Part shown: positions 1 to 14,516 of the stretch, in pieces
Position numbering within the stretch: position 1 is the stretch's first letter
Layout of the letters: the number at the start of each line of letters is the position of its first letter
Assembly (NCBI GenBank): GCA_002269645.1
Contig: NIVC01000130.1
Coordinates: 620,001 to 684,000, forward strand
Source: Macrostomum lignano
Taxonomy: Eukaryota
Direction of reading: 5' to 3'
DNA length: 64,000 nt
Translations under genes and position numbers: made by a program
Notes under the pieces: model-generated
What the model was told of the DNA's origin: nothing
The model's input: the letters and a program-made list of their open reading frames with translations, nothing else
Databases searched by the model: none

Positions 1-510
1 ATAGTTAATAGTGGATTGCTAATCTAGCTATATCGATAATTGATGGAGTGGATTGCTAATATATTCAACTAGATCGATGAATAGTTAATAGTGGATTGCT
101 AATCTAGCTATATCGATAATTGATGGAGTGGATTGCTAATCTATTCAACTAGATCGATGAATAGTTAATAGTGGATTGCTAATCTAGCTATATCGATAAT
201 TGATGGAGTGGATTGCTAATCTATTCAACTAGATCGATGAATAGTTAATAGTGGATTGCTAATCTAGCTATATCGATAATTGATGGAGTGGATTGCTAAT
301 CTATTCAACTAGATCGAAGAATAGTTAATAGTGGATTGCTAATCTAGCTATATCGATAATTGATGGAGTGGATTGCTAATATATTCAACTAGATCGATGA
401 ATAGTTAATAGTGGATTGCTAATCTAGCTATATCGATAATTGATGGAGTGGATTGCTAATCTATTCAACTAGATCGATGAATAGTTAATAGTGGATTGCT
501 AATCTAGCTC
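1..510. repeat. 80-bp tandem satellite, ~6.4 copies, truncated by window start
   Basis: ATAGTTAATAGTGGATTGCTAAT recurs at 1, 81, 161, 241, 321, 401 and 481; each unit has an internal GTGGATTGCTAAT duplication. Confidence 0.95.
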
Positions 511-1266
511 AGCGTATTTTTATATAACGCCTAAGCGTTGCCTCATCTACTTTGCTTGTTATAAATTGCTTCGTTAAGATAGTGCTTTTTTGTACTATAT
601 TTACATTCTGTTAGCATCTCCACTATAGTCTATCCGTGTTTGGCCTGTTAATCTGTTTATCATTTTTGTCATTAATTGTTTGCAGTTTGTTAAGGGCGGT
701 TCGAGCTTTATCTATTAAATTTGCCAATAAATTTTATTTTATCCATTTATAGCGCTCCTCATTTAAACTTACTGCATAAGTAGTTATAACTGCAGTTATT
801 AGAAATTGATTTCAGCAATGATTGTCAATAATTTCAAGCACTCCTCTCATGTTTGCCAACATTTTTGCTGCGTGGTTTTCTCTGTTTTTTGTCTGTCTCT
901 CTCCTGTTTTCTAATTCCGGGGTTAAAATCTTTGTGTGCGCCATAGTTTCCTCTCGCTTGCCATTGTGCTCCTTCACCGCACCTTTATTCGGCTATATTG
1001 ACAGGTTTATTTGGTTATTTATTATATTTTTGTTTAAATTTAGCTAGAATAAAAATAAATTAATTAATTAAAATGTCACACATGCTTTGCTCGCCTACTC
1101 GCAGTAGGTGAATGCGGACTTTATTGCTATTTTATTTTCGGCACTATTAAGAAGCATATAAATTTATACAGTCTTTTATTATATTAAATATTGGGTTTCT
1201 TTCTCTGCTCAATGCGGTGTCCAATTTATTGATATATCAGTTTCCTATGCTTGAATAGTATATATA

Positions 1267-1460
1267 GGGCCGTATGCAGAAAGCTCTGTCTAGGGTAGTC
1301 CGGTCTTGAAAAGCTAGTCTGGACTTGGATTTGGTATGCAGAAACACAAAGTTAGACCAGTCTACTATAGACAGAACTAGACTAGCTGGACCATAGACTA
1401 TAGACTGAACTACCCAAGTCCGGACTAGCTAGTCTAGACTAGATTTTCTGCATACGGCCC
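1267..1460. mobile_element. 194-bp MITE, PIF/Harbinger(Tourist)-like
   Basis: TIR GGGCCGTATGCAGAAA ... TTTCTGCATACGGCCC with ATA on both flanks (3-bp TSD); no coding capacity. Superfamily inferred from GGG termini and 3-bp TSD. Confidence 0.7.
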
Positions 1461-1905
1461 ATATAGTAGTCATAATAATGCTCCTATTTTGTATAGATAT
1501 ACAAATCAATAGAGAGAATTCCCGTGTACACAGCGCTTCCTTGTCAATTGTATTCTCTGCCATTAATTTTATTATTTTTTTCTTCTAGAAAACGCCATTT
1601 TTGTGTCAAGAATTTTTTAAACTTCCAATAATATTTAATGCTTTAATATTTATTTCCAATTAAAATTGTATTTAATAGCAGTCAGTAATTGCAGCTAAAT
1701 AAATGGTGGTTGGTATACCTGGATGCGTTTTTTGCCTGGGTCTTGGCTGGGCCCTCTTTCTAGCCATATCCTGGTCTAGAATTCCATTGTTGTGTCAGAT
1801 GTTGCACAAATTTCCCAATAGATTTGTTGCTTTTAATGTGTTTTTCGGTTTTATTTTATGTATATTGCGGGCTTTGATTTTAATGGCAAGTTGGATGAGT
1901 TCGGC

Positions 1906-4900
1906 GTGTCAGAGGGCGCCAGAACTGGGGTGTCAGAGGGCGCCAGAACTGGGGTGTCAGAGGGTGCCCCAACTGGGGTGTCAAAGGGTGCCACAACTGG
2001 GTGTCAGAGGGTGCCACAACTGGGTGTCAGAGGGTGCCACAACTGGGTGTCAGAAGAGGGCGCCAGAACTGGGGTGTCAGAGGGTGCCCCAACTGGGGTG
2101 TCAAAGGGTGCCACAACTGGGTGTCAGAGGGTGCCACAACTGGGTGTCAGAGGGTGCCACAACTGGGTGTCAGAAGAGGGCGCCAGAACTGGGGTGTCAG
2201 AGGGTGCCCCAACTGGGGTGTCAAAGGGTGCCACAACTGGGTGTCAGAGGGTGCCACAACTGGGTGTCAGAGGGTGCCACAACTGGGTGTCAGAAGAGGG
2301 CGCCAGAACTGGGGTGTCAGGGGTGCCCCAACTGGGGTGTCAAAGGGTGCCACAACTGGGTGTCAGAGGGTGCCACAACTGGGTGTCAGAAGAGGGCGCC
2401 AGAACTGGGGTGTCAGAGGGCGCCAGAACTGGGGTGTCAGAGGGTGCCCCAACTGGGGTGTCAAAGGGTGCCACAACTGGGTGTCAGAGGGTGCCACAAC
2501 TGGGTGTCAGAAGAGGGCGCCAGAACTGGGGTGTCAGAGGGCGCCAGAACTGGGGTGTCAGAGGGTGCCCCAACTGGGGTGTCAAAGGGTGCCACAACTG
2601 GGTGTCAGAGGGTGCCACAACTGGGTGTCAGAAGAGGGCGCCAGAACTGGGGTGTCAGGGGGTGCCACAATTGGTGTCAGAGGGTGCCAGAACTGGGTGT
2701 CAGAGGGTGCCACAACTGGGTGTCAGAAGAGGGCGCCAGAACTGGGGTGTCAGAGGGTGCCCCAACTGGGGTGTCAAAGGGTGCCACAACTGGGTGTCAG
2801 AAGAGGGCGCCAGAACTGGGGTGTCAGGGGTGCCACAATTGGTGTCAGAGGGTGCCACAACTGGGTGTCAGAGGGTGCCACAACTGGGTGTCAGAAGAGG
2901 GCGCCAGAACTGGGGTGTCAGAGGGTGCCCCAACTGGGGTGTCAAAGGGTGCCACAACTGGGTGTCAGAGGGTGCCACAACTGGGTGTCAGAGGGTGCCA
3001 CAACTGGGTGTCAGAAGAGGGCGCCAGAACTGGGGTGTCAGGGGGTGCCCCAACTGGGGTGTCAAAGGGTGCCACAACTGGGTGTCAGAGGGTGCCACAA
3101 CTGGGTGTCAGAAGAGGGCGCCAGAACTGGGGTGTCAGAGGGCGCCAGAACTGGGGTGTCAGAGGGTGCCCCAACTGGGTGTCAAAGGGTGCCACAACTG
3201 GGTGTCAGAGGGTGCCACAACTGGGTGTCAGAAGAGGGCGCCAGAACTGGGGTGTCAGAGGGCGCCAGAACTGGGGTGTCAGAGGGTGCCCCAACTGGGG
3301 TGTCAAAGGGTGCCACAACTGGGTGTCAGAGGGTGCCACAACTGGGTGTCAGAAGAGGGCGCCAGAACTGGGGTGTCAGGGGGTGCCACAATTGGTGTCA
3401 GAGGGTGCCAGAACTGGGTGTCAGAGGGTGCCACAACTGGGTGTCAGAAGAGGGCGCCAGAACTGGGGTGTCAGAGGGTGCCCCAACTGGGGTGTCAAAG
3501 GGTGCCACAACTGGGTGTCAGAGGGTGCCACAACTGGGTGTCAGAGGGTGCCACAACTGGGTGTCAGAAGAGGGCGCCAGAACTGGGGTGTCAGAGGGTG
3601 CCCCAACTGGGGTGTCAAAGGGTGCCACAACTGGGTGTCAGAGGGTGCCACAACTGGGTGTCAGAGGGTGCCACAACTGGGTGTCAGAAGAGGGCGCCAG
3701 AACTGGGGTGTCAGGGGTGCCCCAACTGGGGTGTCAAAGGGTGCCACAACTGGGTGTCAGAGGGTGCCACAACTGGGTGTCAGAAGAGGGCGCCAGAACT
3801 GGGGTGTCAGAGGGCGCCAGAACTGGGGTGTCAGAGGGTGCCCCAACTGGGGTGTCAAAGGGTGCCACAACTGGGTGTCAGAGGGTGCCACAACTGGGTG
3901 TCAGAAGAGGGCGCCAGAACTGGGGTGTCAGAGGGCGCCAGAACTGGGGTGTCAGAGGGTGCCCCAACTGGGGTGTCAAAGGGTGCCACAACTGGGTGTC
4001 AGAGGGTGCCACAACTGGGTGTCAGAAGAGGGCGCCAGAACTGGGGTGTCAGGGGGTGCCACAATTGGTGTCAGAGGGTGCCAGAACTGGGTGTCAGAGG
4101 GTGCCACAACTGGGTGTCAGAAGAGGGCGCCAGAACTGGGGTGTCAGAGGGTGCCCCAACTGGGGTGTCAAAGGGTGCCACAACTGGGTGTCAGAAGAGG
4201 GCGCCAGAACTGGGGTGTCAGGGGGTGCCACAATTGGTGTCAGAGGGTGCCACAACTGGGTGTCAGAGGGTGCCACAACTGGGTGTCAGAAGAGGGCGCC
4301 AGAACTGGGGTGTCAGAGGGTGCCCCAACTGGGGTGTCAAAGGGTGCCACAACTGGGTGTCAGAGGGTGCCACAACTGGGTGTCAGAGGGTGCCACAACT
4401 GGGTGTCAGAAGAGGGCGCCAGAACTGGGGTGTCAGGGGTGCCCCAACTGGGGTGTCAAAGGGTGCCACAACTGGGTGTCAGAGGGTGCCACAACTGGGT
4501 GTCAGAAGAGGGCGCCAGAACTGGGGTGTCAGAGGGCGCCAGAACTGGGGTGTCAGAGGGTGCCCCAACTGGGGTGTCAAAGGGTGCCACAACTGGGTGT
4601 CAGAGGGTGCCACAACTGGGTGTCAGAAGAGGGCGCCAGAACTGGGGTGTCAGAGGGCGCCAGAACTGGGGTGTCAGAGGGTGCCCCAACTGGGGTGTCA
4701 AAGGGTGCCACAACTGGGTGTCAGAGGGTGCCACAACTGGGTGTCAGAAGAGGGCGCCAGAACTGGGGTGTCAGGGGTGCCACAATTGGTGTCAGAGGGT
4801 GCCAGAACTGGGTGTCAGAGGGTGCCACAACTGGGTGTCAGAAGAGGGCGCCAGAACTGGGGTGTCAGAGGGTGCCCCAACTGGGGTGTCAAAGGGTGCC

Positions 4901-5368
4901 ACAACTGGGTGTCAGAGGGTGCCACAACTGGGTGTCAGAGGGTGCCACAACTGGGTGTCAGAAGAGGGCGCCAGAACTGGGGTGTCAGGGGGTGCCCCAA
5001 CTGGGGTGTCAAAGGGTGCCACAACTGGGTGTCAGAGGGTGCCACAACTGGGTGTCAGAAGAGGGCGCCAGAACTGGGGTGTCAGAGGGCGCCAGAACTG
5101 GGGTGTCAGAGGGTGCCAGAACTGAGGTGTCAGAGGGTGCCAGAACTGGGGTGTCAGAGGGCGCCACAATTGGGTGTCAGAAGAGGGCGCCAGAACTGGG
5201 ATGTCAGAGGGTGCCAGAACTGGGGTGTCAGAGGGTGCCAGAACTGAGGTGTCAGAGGGTGCCAGAACTGGGGTGTCAGAGGGCGCCACAATTGGGTGTC
5301 AGAAGAGGGCGCCAGAACTGGGGTGTCAGAGGGTGCCAGCCACAACTGGGATGTCAGAGGGCGCCACA
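1906..5368. repeat. GC-rich complex minisatellite built from ~19-26-bp variant units (core GTGTCAGAGGGTGCCACAACTGG)
   Basis: Direct tandem repetition of several interspersed unit variants over ~3.5 kb. Confidence 0.97.
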
Positions 5369-5789
5369 CAAGTGAGAGTTGTGTGCTATGCACTAACATT
5401 CGAGGCAAAGGCAATCTTTGCAAGCTTATATTTACCATACAGGTACCATTGCAGTACAAAAAGCAGAATCTTCATGGCATACATGTATAAGCCTTGTATT
5501 GAGAGTGAGTTGGCAAATACAATATGAAAAGCATACTTTTATAGATGCACCCAACTCTACATGTATGCCTCTACAGGATGATGTAGCCTTATGGACTCTT
5601 GGCCTTCAATAAATAGACTTTCAAAGGAGTTGTTTGCTTTCAGTCCCGGTAGCTTCTTCTCGAAACAATTTCAGCAAACAGACTTGTGTTTCCTTTCTCC
5701 TATATTTGAATTGAAACACGGAAATTGAAAACGGCTCAGTAGTTGTACAACTGGTAGATACTGTAGTCTGACAGACTCTGACAGTCCGA

Positions 5790-8424
5790 ATGTTCAACGT
5801 AGAGACCAGCGCTCACGGTGTTGCGAGGATCTTTGGCAACTCGTCCAGTTCGAGTCGTCGGAGTCTACCAGTGAGACTGGCTTGGTCTGCTGCATGGCTC
5901 CTACTCACTGTCCTGCTGTTGCGAGGTGTGGCCACCTACTTGGCCAAGCTCGCATCTAGTCGTCAGCCAAACGCCGGACTTAAACGCGTCTTTGTTGCTA
6001 ACGGGGCCGCCTTCGAGTTTCCAGATTTGTACTTTTGCAACGAACTACAGATTGGCGGCGGGAATAGCGTGCTGCTTAACTACAGCGAAGCTGCTTCTGT
6101 TAATTCGGCCCTGGATTTGGCTAACAACACCTTTGAGAAGGCGTTCGGCCAGCTAAATGATAGCGGGTATTGCATGCTTTATGTTTTAACTAGAATTTTA
6201 TGCTTTTGGCTGGAGCGCTGTAAGTGTTGCCTGATTGAGTTCAGCACACTGTAGGAGAGTCAGATTGAGTTGAGCACACTGTAGGAGAGTCAGATTGAGT
6301 TGAGCACACTGTAGGAGAGTCAGATTGAGTTGAGCACACTGTAGGAGAGTCAGATTGAGTTGAGCACACTGTAGGAGAGTCAGATTGAGTTGAGCACACT
6401 GTAGGAGAGTTAGATTGAGTTGAGCACACTGTAGGAGAGTCTGATTGAGTTGAGCACACTGTAGGAGAGTTAGATTGAGTTGAGCACACTGTAGGAGAGT
6501 CAGATTGAGTTGAGCACACTGTAGGAGAGTTAGATTGAGTTGAGCACACTGTAGGAGAGTCAGATTGAGTTGAGCACACTGTAAGAGAGTCAGATTGAGT
6601 TGAGCACACTGTAGGTGAATGTCAGATTGAGTTGAGCACACTGTAGGAGAGTCAGATTGAGTTTAGCACACTGTAGGTGAATGTCAGATTGAGTTGAGCA
6701 CACTGTAGGAGAGTCAGATTGGGTTGAGCACACTGTAGGAGAGTCAGATTGACTTAAGCACACTGTAGGAGAGTCAGATTGGGTTGAGCACACTGTAGGA
6801 GAGTCAGATTGGGTTGAGCACACTGTAGGAGAGTCAGATTGACTTAAGCACACTGTAGGAGAGTCAGATTGACTTAAGCACACTGTAGGAGAGTCAGATT
6901 GAGTTGAGCACTCAAAAGGCTATTGAACCCGAGCCTGCACTTTCTCTCTGAGACATTCCAGCTCGCTTTCCGAGTCTGAAAGACTCCGCCTGCTGAGGCT
7001 GCGACCTGTTTCCCTGCTCCGCTCTGTGCCGTACCGCCTTTTGTCCGACGTCGTTGGACAGAAGCTGAAGCAGACTTTTCTAGGCAACTTCGGAGTCTAC
7101 AGCGTCGGCGAAAGACCTCCAAACGATCGTCCCGTTGCCGTGTCGGAGTTTCACCATCCGGAGCACCTGAAATGCTTCCGAGTAGAGCTCACCAACTCGG
7201 AGCGACTGGCTATGCGCAGAGATAATAATCGACTGACCTTTCACTTGACTCTGGACGCGTATTATGCTACCATGCGACATGTGGCCAGTCCTTATCGGCT
7301 GCCAGACATCCCTGTACCCACTGGCAGACGTGGACAGTCGATGAATATCCGACCTCTTGACTGGAACCTCAACGATCCTCTGCAAATCGACTCTGGTAGC
7401 GGCATGGTTCTCTACTTGGTTCCGCCGGGGCACTATCCGTCTCCCCTGGCAACCAGCGGCTGCAAACGACTCCTCCTGGGTCCGGGACGCGCCTACGACA
7501 TTGCCGTGGGCATGACAGTCACCGAGCTGCTTCCGGCTTCAGATTTCACTGACAGGTAATTTTTACGCTCGTAAGCGTGTTGATGGCCTTTTTCCAAAGC
7601 TTTAAAAAATTTAAATCGTCGAAGCTACACAGTGCGCTTATAAGCTCGGAGTTTTATTGGCCAACCAACCCTTCACTCACAGGTGCGTGTCCCGGCACGA
7701 ACCAGTCGCCTTCTATAATCCGTACAACGGAGGCCGCCAATGGTTCAACTACAGCGGCTCTGTGCCCCACTATTCGCAAATTGCGGCAAATAATCTAGCC
7801 AAGTTCAACTGTTAGCCGATGCCTCAGGCTTTGCCATGGAAATACCGCGGCCTGCCCGTGTGCCTGAACCTTAGCAGCGCCATAGAAATCAACGAGACCC
7901 GAGCGGAAATACTCTGGCGAGGACTTCAAGCAATGAATTCTAGCGAACAGAACGACTGGAAGCAAAGTCTGCAACCGGACGACCGCAAGTTGCCGCCGTG
8001 TCGTCAAAGTCGCTACTGGACGGTGGACTCCTACGGCCGGTGGCCAAACTCGGCCAGCCTGTTTCGCTACGCTACTCAACTGGTGGCCTCCGAGTTGGCA
8101 TTGGCTCCAGAAAATTATCGATCCTTATTGGCCGGTCTGAGAATCGTGTCCACTTTCAAAGACGTGTCCGAGTACGCGCACGCCGAAGCTATCGAGGAGT
8201 ACACCAGGCGGGGCGGTCTGAAACTGACACTGCGAGCGGCTTCCAGTTTCAGCGATTTAAATGTCTTGGCCAGGGACTACAATCTGCAGCAGTTCGTGGC
8301 GGACACTGGCGGGGCAATGGGACTTTATCTGGGCTGCTCGATGTTGACTCTGTGCGAGCTGCTTGAGTTGCTGCATGGAGTTGTGCTCAGCCTGGCTGCT
8401 AAGCTGCGGAACGGAAGGGGTTGA
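5790..8424 (+). CDS. DEG/ENaC (ASIC/amiloride-sensitive channel family) subunit, 3 exons, ~570 codons, with an in-frame TAG at 7813-7815 (possible pseudogene or error)
   Basis: Exons 5790-6166, 6962-7555 and 7683-8424 join in phase with GT-AG (1713 nt). Motifs: TSAHG (HG motif), TM1, FPDLYFCN (FPAVTxCN-like), and FVADTGGAMGLYLGCSMLTLCELLE (TM2 with GxS filter). Confidence 0.88.
6234..6910. repeat. 30-bp intronic minisatellite (GATTGAGTTGAGCACACTGTAGGAGAGTCA) in ENaC intron 1
   Basis: ~22 tandem copies visible. Confidence 0.97.
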
Positions 8425-8428
8425 CGAT

Positions 8429-9616
8429 GGGATCAGGGATCAGGATCAGGGATCGGGATCAGGGATCGGGATCAGGGATCGGGATCAGGGATCGGGATCA
8501 GGGATCGGGATCAGGGATCGGGATCAGGGATCGGGATCAGGGATCGGGATCAGGGATCGGGATCAGGGATCGGGATCAGGGATCGGGATCAGGGATCGGG
8601 ATCAGGGATCGGGATCAGGGATCGGGATCAGGGATCGGGATCAGGGATCGGGATCAGGGATCGGGATCAGGGATCGGGATCAGGGATCGGGATCAGGGAT
8701 CGGGATCAGGGATCGGGATCAGGGATCGGGATCAGGGATCGGGATCAGGGATCGGGATCAGGGATCGGGATCAGGGATCGGGATCAGGATCAGGGATCGG
8801 GATCAGGGATCGGGATCAGGGATCGGGATCAGGGATCGGGATCAGGGATCGGGATCAGGGATCGGGATCAGGGATCGGGATCAGGGATCGGATCAGGGAT
8901 CGGGATCAGGGATCGGGATCAGGGATCGGGATCAGGGATCGGGATCAGGGATCGGGATCAGGGATCGGGATCAGGGATCGGGATCAGGGATCGGGATCAG
9001 GGATCGGGATCAGGGATCGGGATCAGGGATCGGGATCAGGGATCGGGATCAGGGATCGGGATCAGGGATCGGGATCAGGGATCGGGATCAGGGATCGGGA
9101 TCAGGGATCGGGATCAGGGATCGGGATCAGGGATCGGGATCAGGGATCGGGATCAGGGATCGGGATCAGGGATCGGGATCAGGGATCGGGATCAGGGATC
9201 GGGATCAGGGATCGGGATCAGGGATCGGGATCAGGGATCGGGATCAGGGATCGGGATCAGGGATCGGGATCAGGGATCGGGATCAGGGATCGGGATCAGG
9301 GATCGGGATCAGGGATCGGGATCAGGGATCGGGATCAGGGATCGGGATCAGGGATCGGGATCAGGGATCGGGATCAGGGATCGGGATCAGGGATCGGGAT
9401 CAGGGATCGGGATCAGGGATCGGGATCAGGGATCGGGATCAGGGATCGGGATCAGGGATCGGGATCAGGGATCGGGATCAGGGATCGGGATCAGGGATCG
9501 GGATCAGGGATCGGGATCAGGGATCGGGATCAGGGATCGGGATCAGGGATCGGGATCAGGGATCGGGATCAGGGATCGGGATCAGGGATCGGGATCAGGG
9601 ATCGGGATCAGGGATC
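8429..9616. repeat. 13-bp tandem repeat (GGGATCAGGGATC)n, ~91 copies, directly after the ENaC stop codon
   Basis: Near-perfect array; the 13-aa periodicity in the ORF track equals 3 units. Confidence 0.97.
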
Positions 9617-9763
9617 GGGGTCATTGCTGAGAAAGAGGGGTCATTGCTGAGCAAGAGGGGTCATTGCTGAGCAAGAGGGGTCATTGCTGAGCAAGAGGGG
9701 TCATTGCTGAGCAAGAGGGGTCATTGCTGAGCAAGAGGGGTCATTGCTGAGAAAGAGGGGTCA
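9617..9763. repeat. 20-bp tandem repeat (GGGGTCATTGCTGAGCAAGA), ~7 copies
   Basis: Direct tandem copies abutting the 13-bp array. Confidence 0.93.
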
Positions 9764-10137
9764 TCGATGTGCGAGAGTTGTTATCGATATCACTCCTTGC
9801 GAGGGACACGGATATCGGTTTTTTTTTAATCTATTCGCTATGACAAACAAATGGCTCTATGGCTCTAGCTACTTAGTCAGACTAGAAAAACAAACTCTGA
9901 ACCCAATTAAGGCCAACACGACTAAAGGCTGTAACTACTACATATAATGTAAATATTTGTCTCATTCTGCAAGTCTCTCTTTCACTCCAGCAGCTGCGCA
10001 CAAAATTTTGCTATATTGAAAGAAGATAAGCAGCGACTAGTTTAGAGGTTGATAAACTTATATAAACTTCTAATAACGATATTGCAAAATGGCAAACAGT
10101 TAAACATATTTGAGTTCTTATCCATCCAGAAGTTGAA

Positions 10138-13789
<3,652 letters not shown>

Positions 13790-14516
13790 TCATAGACAAT
13801 TTCATATGTAAAGAGCTTATAGCTTCAGTTTTGCATCTTAAAATCATTTTCTGTCTGTGTAGTCACTGTAGTGAATACTTTCCTGCAGCACCCATTGGCT
13901 GATTTCGTTGCGCAAGGCATGGGGGTCCTTGGACATCAAGGTGTCCATGCCAGGTCAGCACTTCAGCATGGAGGGGAAAGTAAACAGGGCCTTATAAGGC
14001 AGGAATCGCGGCTGCGACAGACAATGGACAGTGAACAGAACAGACGACAGACAGTGCTGGCCTCCTAGGGGCTTGTGTGGCGTTGGCAAAAGTGCGTGAA
14101 GGCTAAGAGTGCATACTTTGAGTGAAAAGCTGGCAAAGAATAAGTGTGTGAAGTTTTGCGTTTTCGATGTCTATCGTTTCAAAACTAGATGGGTAATACG
14201 TAAGAACTTTTTGTACAACCCGTCCTTAACTTCGTTTTTTCTGTCCCAGGTGCACTGCTGAGCGAGCCACAGTCTCAAAAGTGTTATGTTGTCTTTTCGA
14301 AGAGTCTTAGCTCCCAAGTGACCGTTTTTATTTCTCTTTTGGTTTAACAGCCAGCCTTTCCTTTTCACATAAGCCAAGCGTTCCTTTTACGTACAGTACA
14401 GAGACGCTTCCGCTAAGCCATAGACAAAAGTCTGCTGTGGCTGATTCAATAGAATGTCATACAATTTATAAAATAAAAACAACTCCACCCACAGCAAAGA
14501 GTACCACTCCTGTCAG

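Noticed and set aside
1703-5375. Three >1100-aa ORFs
   Set aside because: They are translations of a stop-free minisatellite in all three frames with no frame preference or domain.
8363-9670. GSGSGIGIRDRDQ repeat ORFs
   Set aside because: Translation of the 13-bp array downstream of the ENaC stop.
13863-14068. GC-balanced coding-like segment
   Set aside because: No frame on either strand gave a recognisable domain; it may be more LINE debris or a GTPase terminal exon, and is unresolved.
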